Shown here: positions 32,823 through 43,075 of the stretch, in pieces | Position numbering within the stretch: position 1 is the first letter of the stretch | Layout of the letters: every line of letters begins with the position of its first letter | NCBI GenBank assembly: GCA_022340615.1 | Contig: JAJDNO010000030.1 | Span: 41,624-105,623 of the forward strand | DNA: 64,000 nucleotides | Direction of reading: 5' to 3' | DNA from: Gallionella sp. | GTDB taxonomy: Bacteria > Pseudomonadota > Gammaproteobacteria > Burkholderiales > Gallionellaceae | Translations under genes and position numbers: made by a program | The notes under the pieces: model-generated | The model's database searches: none | What the model saw: only the letters and a program-made list of their open reading frames with translations | Told to the model about the DNA's origin: nothing

Positions 32823-34189
32823 GTGCTCAATTCATCGACGATGTGCCGTGTCCGGTCGACCAGCAGATCCATCTCCGATTTGCCGATTATATACGGCGGC
32901 ATGAAATAAATCGTGTTCCCGACCGGGCGCAGCAGCAGTTCATTATCCAGCGCAAGCGCGAAGCAGCGCCGGGAAAAGTCGCGATGCCGGGTATCCACCT
33001 CGAAGGCCCAGATCATCCCGGTATTGCGCCAGTTGCGCACCGCGCGATGCTCGCGCAACGGTGCAGATATCCCGTTAAGGTATGCCGCCTTGCTGCGGTT
33101 CGCGGCAAGTACATCGTCGCGTGCAAAGATATCCAGCGTCGCAAGCGCCGCGCGGCAGGCCAGCGGATTGCCGGTATATGAGTGTGAGTGCAGAAATCCG
33201 CCGGCCATCTCGTCGCCATAGAATGCCCGGTAAATTTCGTCGCGCGTCATCACCACCGACAGCGGCAGATATCCGCCGGTAATTCCTTTCGACAGGCACA
33301 GAAAGTCCGGCGTAATTCCAGTCTGGACTGTTTCCTGGCCGGCAGACGAAGCGGCCGGCGCCTGTTCGCAGGCGAACATCGTACCGGTCCGCCCCATGCC
33401 GACGGCAATCTCGTCCGCGATCAAGTGCACCTGGTACTCGCTGCAAAGCTGCCGCGCGCGCTGCAGATAGGCGGGGTGGTACATCGCCATGCCTGCCGCG
33501 CCCTGTACCAGCGGCTCGATGATGAAGGCGGCCAGCTGCGCATGATGCTGCTGCAAATACCGCTCGAGCGCTTCCGCGCAGCGTAGCGCATAGGCCTCCG
33601 CGCTTTCGCCCGGCGCGGCGTTGCGCCAATCCGGGCTGGGCACCGTGGCCTGCTGCCGGATCAGTTCGCCATAGGCACTGCGGAACAGCGCGACGTCGGT
33701 CACCGACAACGCGCCCAGCGTTTCCCCGTGATAGCTGTTTTCCAGGCTGATGAATAGTGTCTTGTCCGTTCTGCCGCTGTTGCGCCAGTAATGCGCGCTC
33801 ATCTTGAGTGCGATCTCTGTAGCCGACGCCCCGTCTGAAGCATAGAAGCAATGGCCAAGACCCGCGGGCGCCAGTTCGCGCAATCGCTCCGAAAGCTGCA
33901 CCACCGGCTCGTGGGTAAAACCCGCCAGCATTACGTGTTCCAGTGTTTCCAGCTGGTCGCGCAATGCGGCGTTGATGTCCGGGTTGCAATGGCCGAACAG
34001 GTTTACCCACCAGGAGCTGACCGCATCCAGGTAGCGCTTGTTGTCGTAGTCATGCAGCCAGGCCCCTTTCCCGCCCGCAATCGGCAACAGCGGAAAACTT
34101 TCGTAGTGTTTCATCTGCGAACAGGGATGCCACACGGCAGAGAGGCTGCGTGCCAGTAGATCGGTATTGCCCAGCGGTCGATTTGTCAT
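32819..34189 (-). CDS. bioA: Adenosylmethionine-8-amino-7-oxononanoate aminotransferase
   Basis: WHPCSQM, DAVSSWW, YHGETLGA, LIADEIAVG, LSKGITGG, HSHSYTGN. Confidence 0.94.
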   Translation of the reverse strand: MTNRPLGNTDLLARSLSAVWHPCSQMKHYESFPLLPIAGGKGAWLHDYDNKRYLDAVSSWWVNLFGHCNPDINAALRDQLETLEHVMLAGFTHEPVVQLSERLRELAPAGLGHCFYASDGASATEIALKMSAHYWRNSGRTDKTLFISLENSYHGETLGALSVTDVALFRSAYGELIRQQATVPSPDWRNAAPGESAEAYALRCAEALERYLQQHHAQLAAFIIEPLVQGAAGMAMYHPAYLQRARQLCSEYQVHLIADEIAVGMGRTGTMFACEQAPAASSAGQETVQTGITPDFLCLSKGITGGYLPLSVVMTRDEIYRAFYGDEMAGGFLHSHSYTGNPLACRAALATLDIFARDDVLAANRSKAAYLNGISAPLREHRAVRNWRNTGMIWAFEVDTRHRDFSRRCFALALDNELLLRPVGNTIYFMPPYIIGKSEMDLLVDRTRHIVDELST

Positions 34190-34278
34190 GGCCGGAATCA
34201 TAGCGTTTTTTGCGGCTTGCGCACGCCACCATCTTTGGCTAGCCTGCATCATTCACCTGTTCACCTCGGAACATTACA

Positions 34279-35178
34279 GTGCATATTCTCATCACCGGAG
34301 GAACCGGTTTGATCGGCAGACAGCTTTGCAAGGTGCTGCTGGCGGACGGGCATGCATTGACGGTGCTGAGCCGCAAGCCGGAAACAGTTCCGCGAAAATG
34401 CGGCGCAGCGGTGCGGGCGATGGCCAGTCTTGACGAATGGCAGCCCGAACTCAGTTTCGATGCGGTAATCAATCTCGCCGGAGCGCCGATCGTCGATGAA
34501 CGCTGGACGGCACGGCGCAAACAGGCCCTGTGGGACAGCCGGATAACCCTGACCGAAACCCTGGTGAGCCGCATCGCAGCCGCCCGGACAAAACCGGCTG
34601 TGCTGTTGAGCGGCTCCGCGGTAGGCTATTACGGCAACCGCGGCGATGCGGCACTGGACGAAACAGCCGAGCCCGGCAGCGATTTCCCCGCCCGGTTATG
34701 CAAGGCATGGGAAGACGCCGCACTGGCCGCGGAACAATCCGGCGTGCGCGTTTGCCTGCTGCGCACCGGCCTGGTATTGAGCTGCAGAGGCGGACTGCTG
34801 GGGAAAATGCTGCTGCCGTTCAGACTCGGGCTAGGCGCGCGCCTTGGAGACGGAAAGCAGTGGATGAGCTGGATACATATCGATGATTATGTCGCGATGC
34901 TGTCCGGATTAATGCGCGACTCACAGGCCGGCGGTCCGTACAACATGACCGCACCGCAACCGGCAACCAACCGTGAATTCACCGCAACCCTGGCAAAGGC
35001 GCTGCATCGCCCGGCTCCGTTCGCGATGCCGGCATGGTTGCTGAAATCGGTCATGGGCGAGCGCGCCTGCCTGCTGCTGGAAGGACAGAAAGTGCTGCCC
35101 GAAAAGTTCTCGGCTGCCGGTTATCGCTTCATTTTTGCAAGCCTGCCGGAAGCGCTGAATGACTTGCTGTGCAAGTAG
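34279..35178 (+). CDS. TIGR01777-family NAD-dependent epimerase-like oxidoreductase
   Basis: ITGGTGLIG, INLAGAPI, LLRTGLVL, WMSWIHIDD. Confidence 0.9.
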   Translation: MHILITGGTGLIGRQLCKVLLADGHALTVLSRKPETVPRKCGAAVRAMASLDEWQPELSFDAVINLAGAPIVDERWTARRKQALWDSRITLTETLVSRIAAARTKPAVLLSGSAVGYYGNRGDAALDETAEPGSDFPARLCKAWEDAALAAEQSGVRVCLLRTGLVLSCRGGLLGKMLLPFRLGLGARLGDGKQWMSWIHIDDYVAMLSGLMRDSQAGGPYNMTAPQPATNREFTATLAKALHRPAPFAMPAWLLKSVMGERACLLLEGQKVLPEKFSAAGYRFIFASLPEALNDLLCK

Positions 35179-35323
35179 TTCTGGCGGTTTATACCCATGA
35201 CGCAGAGCTTGCTTTGCTTTCCGTATCCCACCGTTTGTGGCATCCTTCGCAATCTACATGTTGTTACACAGAATATTCCGTCACTTTTGACTAAACCTTA
35301 AGGACGGCCGGAGGAAGGCAGTA

Positions 35324-36574
35324 ATGAAACGAGTTGATGATTTCCGCTTGCGCTTCGGCAAGCGCGAGCTGGTGCCGATCATAATCGGCGGCATGGGTGT
35401 GGATATTTCCACACGCGAACTAGCCTGGGAAGCCGCAAGACTGGGCGGAATCGGGCATATTTCCGACGCGATGCTGCCGACCGTCACGGACCGTCTCGAC
35501 AACACCAAATTCGTCAGCCGCAAGCAAAAGCAATACAAACTCAACGTCAAGGAAACCAACAAGGCGATCGTGCAATTCGACCTCGCCCAGGTTGCCGAGT
35601 CGACCCGTTTGCATGTCAGCAAGACCATGGAAGCCAAGCGCGGCGACGGGATGATCTTCGTGAACTGCATGGAAAAACTGACCATGAATGCGCCGCGCGA
35701 AACTCTGCGCGTGCGGCTGGGCGGCGCGCTGGATGCCGGGATCGACGGCATCACGCTGAGCGCGGGGCTGCATCTTGGGTCTTTCGCACTGATGGAAGAC
35801 AACCCGCGTTTCCGCGATGCCAAGCTGGGAATCATCGTTTCATCGCTGCGCGCGCTGCAGCTGTTCATGCGCAAAAACGCCCGGCTGAACCGCCTGCCCG
35901 ACTATATCGTGGTGGAAGGGCCGCTGGCCGGCGGCCACCTGGGGTTCGGCCTGGACTGGGCGAAATACGACCTGCATACCATCGTGGCCGAAATCGTTGC
36001 CCACCTGAAGGCGGAACAGCTGGATATCCCGGTGATCGCGGCGGGCGGCATATTTACCGGCAGCGATGCGGTCGAGTACATGGAGATGGGCTGCGGTGCG
36101 GTGCAGGTGGCTACGCGCTTTACCGTTGCGCATGAATGCGGCATCCCTGAGAAAGTCCAGCAGGAATACTTCAAGGCTGACGAGGATGACATCGAGGTCA
36201 ACATGATCTCGCCGACCGGCTACCCGATGCGCATGATCAAGAGCAGCCCGGCGATCGGCGCCGGCATACGCCCCAATTGCGAGGCATTTGGTTACCTCCT
36301 TGACGCAAATGGGCATTGTGATTACATCGATGCCTACAACCGCGAAGTGGCGCTGCATCCCGATGCGAAAAAGATTTCCGTCAAGGACAAGACCTGTCTG
36401 TGCACCCACATGCGCAACTACGATTGCTGGACCTGCGGCCATTACACCTACCGCCTGAAGGATACGACGCACCGCAATCCCGACGGCACTTACCAGATCC
36501 TGACCACCGAGCACATATTCAAAGACTATCAGTTCAGCACTGACAACAAGATCGCCCTCCCCCCGCAAAAATAA
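35324..36574 (+). CDS. Nitronate monooxygenase-family flavoprotein with Cys-rich C-terminus
   Basis: IIIGGMGVDIS, VEGPLAGGHLG, IAAGGIF, VQVATRF; CLCTH..CWTCG. Confidence 0.8.
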   Translation: MKRVDDFRLRFGKRELVPIIIGGMGVDISTRELAWEAARLGGIGHISDAMLPTVTDRLDNTKFVSRKQKQYKLNVKETNKAIVQFDLAQVAESTRLHVSKTMEAKRGDGMIFVNCMEKLTMNAPRETLRVRLGGALDAGIDGITLSAGLHLGSFALMEDNPRFRDAKLGIIVSSLRALQLFMRKNARLNRLPDYIVVEGPLAGGHLGFGLDWAKYDLHTIVAEIVAHLKAEQLDIPVIAAGGIFTGSDAVEYMEMGCGAVQVATRFTVAHECGIPEKVQQEYFKADEDDIEVNMISPTGYPMRMIKSSPAIGAGIRPNCEAFGYLLDANGHCDYIDAYNREVALHPDAKKISVKDKTCLCTHMRNYDCWTCGHYTYRLKDTTHRNPDGTYQILTTEHIFKDYQFSTDNKIALPPQK

Positions 36575-36588
36575 ATTTTCACCCCGCC

Positions 36589-36615
36589 CTTGAAATCGGC
36601 CGGGGTCGCCCCGAT
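36589..36615 (+). promoter_or_regulatory. sigma32 (RpoH) promoter of groESL
   Basis: CTTGAAA-N13-CCCCGAT. Confidence 0.75.
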
Positions 36616-36617
36616 TG

Positions 36618-36644
36618 TTGGCACTCGAAGATGGAGAGTGCTAA
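36618..36644 (+). promoter_or_regulatory. CIRCE element (HrcA operator)
   Basis: TTGGCACTC-N9-GAGTGCTAA, one mismatch to TTAGCACTC-N9-GAGTGCTAA. Confidence 0.9.
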
Positions 36645-36691
36645 ACTCCGCCTCCGCAATTTTTTAACCCCTTGTATTAGGAGACATCAGT

Positions 36692-38670
<1,979 letters not shown>

Positions 38671-38671
38671 T

Positions 38672-38793
38672 TGAACCTGCTGCGCGATTCGATTGCTGTG
38701 TTGCGCGGTGCTCACTTCCTCGCCTACCCCAAAAGGTATGTCTCGGTCGTTGCGCTCCCTGCGCCTTGCACTCGAACCGCTCGCTACGGTTCA
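38672..38793. repeat. 122-bp imperfect palindromic (ERIC-like) repeat
   Basis: TGAACC...GGTTCA ends; central CCTCG-CC-TACC-loop-GGTA-TGTCTCG hairpin shared with the 24269 element. Confidence 0.7.
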
Positions 38794-38803
38794 CACTGAA
38801 AAC

Positions 38804-38836
38804 AACAAACCCCGCTTCGGCGGGGTTTGTTATTTG
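38804..38836 (+). terminator. Intrinsic (possibly bidirectional) terminator after groEL
   Basis: AACAAACCCCGC-TTCG-GCGGGGTTTGTT-ATTT. Confidence 0.85.
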
Positions 38837-38860
38837 GCGGCGTATCGGTATAATGCGCGG
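38827..38860 (+). promoter_or_regulatory. sigma70 promoter of tRNA-Phe with GC-rich discriminator
   Basis: TATAAT at 38849-38854 followed by GCGCGG; weak -35 TTGTTA. Confidence 0.6.
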
Positions 38861-38918
38861 CTTCCCGAGTTGGCTGAACCTGTTCAATTTCGGCTTGGGT
38901 AAGCAAACAAGCAGCAAT

Positions 38919-38994
38919 GGCCTGGTAGCTCAGTCGGTAGAGCAGAGGATTGAAAATCCTTGTGTCGGTGGTTCGATTCCGCCCCGGGCCACCA
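38919..38994 (+). tRNA. tRNA-Phe (GAA)
   Basis: GGCCTGG/CCGGGCC acceptor stem, AGCTCAGTCGGTAGAGC D arm, TTGAAAA anticodon loop, GTTCGATTC T loop, encoded CCA. Confidence 0.98.
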
Positions 38995-39002
38995 GCATCT
39001 AG

Positions 39003-39030
39003 AAAGCTCGCAGCATTGCGGGCTTTTTTA
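39003..39030 (+). terminator. Intrinsic terminator after tRNA-Phe
   Basis: AAAGCTCGCA-GCAT-TGCGGGCTTT followed by a T run. Confidence 0.8.
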
Positions 39031-39076
39031 TTTTTTGTCCCTGTTGCTGCGCTTCAAATCCCGCCGCTTTCTCGAT

Positions 39077-40063
39077 TCAATCCATCACCAGCACCGCCGC
39101 GCCGCGTATCCGGCCTTCGCGCAGACGCGCCAGCGCCTCGTTGGCCTGTTCCAGGCGGAAGGTTTCAACTTCGGTCCTGATGTTCGCCCTGGTCGCGATA
39201 TCAAGAAATTCCTCGCCGTCGCGGCGGGTCAGGTTCGCAACGGAGCGGACCGTGCGTTCGCCCCACAGGATGGAATAAGGGAATCCGGGAATGTCGCTCA
39301 TATGTATGCCCGCGCACACCACGGTGCCGCCTTTTGCGGTGTGGCGCAGCGCCTCGGGTATCAGCGCGCCGACCGGCGCAAACAATATCGCCGCGTCCAG
39401 TTGTTCGGGCGGTGCTGCGGTGGAATCCCCTGCCCATGCCGCGCCCAGTTCCATCGCAAAGCGCTGCCCGGCCAGGTCGCCGGGCTTCGTGAACGCGAAC
39501 ACCTTGCGTCCCTGCCAGCGGGCGACCTGCGCGATGATGTGTGCGGCGGCGCCGAAGCCGTAGATGCCGATACGCTGCGCATCCCCGGCGGCGGCCAGTG
39601 CGCGGTAGCCGATCAGTCCGGCGCAAAGCAGCGGCGCGGCTTCTGCATCGCCGTAACCGTCCGGCAGCGCAAAGCAATATCGCGAGTCGGCCACTGCATA
39701 TTCCGCATAGCCGCCGTTCAGCGTGTAACCGGTAAAGCGCGCATCGTCGCAGAGATTCTCGCGTCCGCTGGTGCAGTAGCGGCAATGCCCGCAGGTGCGA
39801 CCCAGCCACGGCACACCGAGCCTTTGGCCGATGCTGAACCGTTGGACCCGATCGCCCTTCGCGACCACGGTGCCGACGATTTCGTGTCCGGGTATCAGCG
39901 GCAGCTTCGGCGCGGACAGCTCGCCGTCCAGTATGTGCAGGTCGGTGCGGCACACGCCGCAGGCGCGCACCCTGAGCAGGATGTCGTCGGCGCCGCATAC
40001 CGGCAGCGGCAGCTCGACTTGCCGCAGCGCCGATCCGGATGCTTCCAGTACCATTGCGCGCAT
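39077..40063 (-). CDS. Zinc-dependent alcohol dehydrogenase family protein
   Basis: CGVCRTDLH, PGHE, CGHCRYCTSGRENLC, PLLCAGLIGY. Confidence 0.92.
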   Translation of the reverse strand: MRAMVLEASGSALRQVELPLPVCGADDILLRVRACGVCRTDLHILDGELSAPKLPLIPGHEIVGTVVAKGDRVQRFSIGQRLGVPWLGRTCGHCRYCTSGRENLCDDARFTGYTLNGGYAEYAVADSRYCFALPDGYGDAEAAPLLCAGLIGYRALAAAGDAQRIGIYGFGAAAHIIAQVARWQGRKVFAFTKPGDLAGQRFAMELGAAWAGDSTAAPPEQLDAAILFAPVGALIPEALRHTAKGGTVVCAGIHMSDIPGFPYSILWGERTVRSVANLTRRDGEEFLDIATRANIRTEVETFRLEQANEALARLREGRIRGAAVLVMD

Positions 40064-40167
40064 GATGTGCCCCTGATTTGTTACAACAAATTATCCCGGT
40101 TGTTCCGGCAAGCTTCAACCCGCTAAAATGACCTGCTCTTATTGCCCTGCCCGATATTCGCCTCCAG

Positions 40168-41004
40168 ATGAATTCAACCCAACCCGAAACACTCGACGGA
40201 TTTGCGATCAACACGTCCGCGCTGACGCGGCGATACGGAAAACTGACCGCCGCTGACTGCATCGAGCTGCGCATTCCATATGGGGAAATCTTCGGCCTGC
40301 TCGGCGCGAACGGCGCCGGCAAGAGCACGCTGATCAAGATGCTGACCACGCTGCTGTCGCCGACCTCCGGCACGGCCGAGGTCGGCGGATACGACATCAT
40401 CAGGTCGCCGGGAGAAGTCCGGCGGCGCATCGGCTATGTGTCGCAGTTGGTGTCGGCCGATGGCGCGCTGAACGGCTACGAAAACCTGCGCCTGTCGGCC
40501 AAGCTCTACGGGCTGCCGGCTGCGGAACGGGAAAACCGCATCGCGAATGCGCTGGAATTCATGGGTCTCGCCGACTCTTCGCGCCGGCTGGTGCGCACCT
40601 ATTCGGGCGGCATGATCCGCAGGCTGGAACTCGCCCAGGCCATGCTGCACCGCCCTTCCATCCTGTTTCTCGACGAGCCGACGATCGGACTCGATCCGGT
40701 TGCGCGCCGCCTGGTGTGGGACCGGCTGCTGAACCTCAGGCGCGACCTGGGCATGACGGTGCTGATCACCACGCACGACATGGAAGAAGCCGAGATGCTT
40801 TCCGACCAGCTTGCGATCATGCATGCGGGACGTATCAGCGTGATCGGCAAACCGGATGAATTGCGCGCGGGCCTCAGCGCCGAACAGGGCACCGAGGCAA
40901 CGATGGACGACGTGTTCGTGCATTATGCGGGCGGCCTGATACACGAAGGCGGCACATTCAGCGGGGTCGCCCAGACCCGCAGAACCGCCCAGCGCCTGGG
41001 CTGA
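40168..41004 (+). CDS. ABC transporter ATP-binding protein (DrrA-like)
   Basis: GANGAGKST, YSGGMIRRLELA, LFLDEPT. Confidence 0.92.
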   Translation: MNSTQPETLDGFAINTSALTRRYGKLTAADCIELRIPYGEIFGLLGANGAGKSTLIKMLTTLLSPTSGTAEVGGYDIIRSPGEVRRRIGYVSQLVSADGALNGYENLRLSAKLYGLPAAERENRIANALEFMGLADSSRRLVRTYSGGMIRRLELAQAMLHRPSILFLDEPTIGLDPVARRLVWDRLLNLRRDLGMTVLITTHDMEEAEMLSDQLAIMHAGRISVIGKPDELRAGLSAEQGTEATMDDVFVHYAGGLIHEGGTFSGVAQTRRTAQRLG

Positions 41005-41013
41005 GGACGACGG

Positions 41014-41784
41014 ATGAAACGGCTGATCCTCGAAAGTGCGGCGATTGTGCAGGTGGAAATGGTCAAGCTCGTCCGCGACCCGACCGAAGTCATCTCCCGC
41101 GCAATACAGCCGGTGCTGTGGCTGGTGGTGTTCGGGCAGGTGCTCGCGCAGGTGCGCGGCATCCACACAGGCCAGCTGAGCTACCTCGCGTTCATCACCC
41201 CCGGCATACTCGCGCAGAGCGTGCTGTTCAGCGCGATCTTCTACGGCATCGCGGTGATCTGGGAGCGCGATCTCGGCGTGGTGCACAAACTGCTGGTGAG
41301 CCCTGCCCTGCGTTTCTCGCTGGTGTTCGGCAAGGCTGTCGCGGCAGGATTTCGCGGCATCCTGCAGGCCGTGGTCATTTTCCTGCTCGCGATCGTGATG
41401 CACGTTTCGCTGAATGCCGATCCGTTCGCAATCCTCGCGGTGCTGGCCAGCGTGATGCTGGGATCGGGCATATTCGCAACCTTCTCGCTGATCATTGCCT
41501 GCATCGTGCGAACCCGGGAACGCTTCATGGGCATCGGCCAGCTGCTGACCATGCCGATGTTTTTCGCGAGCAACGCGATCTACCCGCTGGACATCATGCC
41601 GCCCTGGCTGCGCGTGATCGCGCAGATCAACCCGCTCACCTACCTGATTGACGCGTTGCGCGGACTGATGATCAAGGGCGGTGTAAGCGTGCACGGCTAC
41701 GCCGTCGATTTCTCGGTGATGCTCGGCGTGTTCGCTTTCCTGCTGTTCGTTGCGGTGCGGTTGTATCCGACGCTGGCGGAATAA
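41014..41784 (+). CDS. ABC-2 type permease
   Basis: Multiple TM helices, IWERDLG, NPLTYLIDALR. Confidence 0.9.
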   Translation: MKRLILESAAIVQVEMVKLVRDPTEVISRAIQPVLWLVVFGQVLAQVRGIHTGQLSYLAFITPGILAQSVLFSAIFYGIAVIWERDLGVVHKLLVSPALRFSLVFGKAVAAGFRGILQAVVIFLLAIVMHVSLNADPFAILAVLASVMLGSGIFATFSLIIACIVRTRERFMGIGQLLTMPMFFASNAIYPLDIMPPWLRVIAQINPLTYLIDALRGLMIKGGVSVHGYAVDFSVMLGVFAFLLFVAVRLYPTLAE

Positions 41785-41829
41785 GTTCATTTGCCCGGCG
41801 CCGAATTTTTTCCGGGCACCCTGTCCGAA

Positions 41830-41858
41830 TTGACTATCCGATTCTGCCATCGTATATT
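41830..41858 (+). promoter_or_regulatory. sigma70 promoter upstream of uORF/EamA
   Basis: TTGACT-N17-TATATT. Confidence 0.7.
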
Positions 41859-41866
41859 CCCGTCCC

Positions 41867-41962
41867 ATGAACACGCAACAACTCATCGTATCAACATCCA
41901 TCCTCTCCAAACGACTGTGGCGCGGGAAGCTATCCCGTTTCCGCAGCACGCTCACGTTCTGA
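41867..41962 (+). CDS. Putative near-leaderless leader peptide (31 aa)
   Basis: MNTQQLIVSTSILSKRLWRGKLSRFRSTLTF; ATG lies 9 nt after the -10 box; no SD. Confidence 0.45.
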   Translation: MNTQQLIVSTSILSKRLWRGKLSRFRSTLTF

Positions 41963-42071
41963 CGCAATAATTTTTAACCGGGCAACTGCGGGTCTGATTA
42001 CAAGGATTCGTTAGGCCTCACTGCCCCACGTCAACCCAGGACCCGCACCGCACAACTTCAGGGTCTGGCTC

Positions 42072-43007
42072 ATGCAAACTTCAGCAACTTCGGCAACCGG
42101 CGTTTCAATCAATCGCGATGTGATATTCGGCGTGATCTTTGCGCTGCTCGCGGCAATCGGCTTCTCGGCCAAGGCGATCCTGGTCAAGCTGGCCTATCGC
42201 GACCATGTGGACGCGATCACGCTGCTGGCACTGCGTATGGCATTCTCGGTGCCGTTCTTCATCGGTATCGCGATCTGGTCGAAAATCCGCCACGCCGAGC
42301 CGCTTGGCAAACAGGACAAGCTGCTGGTTCTGGCGCTGGGCCTGATCGGCTATTACCTGTCCAGCCTGCTGGATTTTCTCGGGCTGCAATACATCACCGC
42401 GGGCCTCGAGCGGCTGATCCTGTTCCTGTACCCGACCATGACGGTGCTGCTCACCGCGCTGATTTACAGGCGCCCGATCGGCGGCAAGGTACTCATCGCG
42501 ATGGGACTGAGCTATGCGGGCATCGCGCTGGTGTTCCTGCACGCTGCGGGCGTGCGGGAAGGCGGCAGCGTGGTGCTGGGCGGGTTTCTGGTGTTCCTCA
42601 GCACCCTGTCTTACTCGACCTACCTGGTCGGTGCCGGCCATGCGATCGCGCGGATCGGCGCGGCGCGTTTCACCGCCTATGCGATGGTGGTGGCTTGCGC
42701 GGCCAGCCTGATGCAGTTCGCCGTGACGCGTCCGATGAGCGCGCTCGACTTGCCGTTGACGGTGTACGGTTACTCGATCGCAATGGCGCTGTTTTCCACG
42801 GTGCTGCCGGTATTCCTGCTGTCCTATGCGATCCGCCGCATCGGTTCAGGCAGCGCTTCGTTGATCGGTTCGATCGGTCCGGTCAGCACCATAGCCATGG
42901 CTTATTTCTTCCTCGGCGAACAGCTCTCGCTGCTGAAAATCATCGGATCGGCGCTGGTGGTGGCCGGCGTGCTGATCGTCAGCCTGACTTCGAAGAAAGA
43001 AAGGTAG
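42072..43007 (+). CDS. DMT/EamA family transporter
   Basis: Ten TM segments in two EamA repeats, GLQYITAGLERLILFLYP, IGPVSTI..FLGE. Confidence 0.9.
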   Translation: MQTSATSATGVSINRDVIFGVIFALLAAIGFSAKAILVKLAYRDHVDAITLLALRMAFSVPFFIGIAIWSKIRHAEPLGKQDKLLVLALGLIGYYLSSLLDFLGLQYITAGLERLILFLYPTMTVLLTALIYRRPIGGKVLIAMGLSYAGIALVFLHAAGVREGGSVVLGGFLVFLSTLSYSTYLVGAGHAIARIGAARFTAYAMVVACAASLMQFAVTRPMSALDLPLTVYGYSIAMALFSTVLPVFLLSYAIRRIGSGSASLIGSIGPVSTIAMAYFFLGEQLSLLKIIGSALVVAGVLIVSLTSKKER

Positions 43008-43075
43008 CCAGTTAAAAGTGGGAGGGGAATGGGTTAAACTCGCCCATCTTCCAACCGCAACCCAGATATACAGCC

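Noticed and set aside
35255-35275. sigma54 promoter (TGGCA...GCA) upstream of the NMO-family gene
   Set aside because: GG to GC spacing is too short for a -24/-12 promoter.
38919-38994. tRNA-Phe as an island attachment site
   Set aside because: No duplicated tRNA 3' end and no integrase seen in the window; a normal terminator follows.
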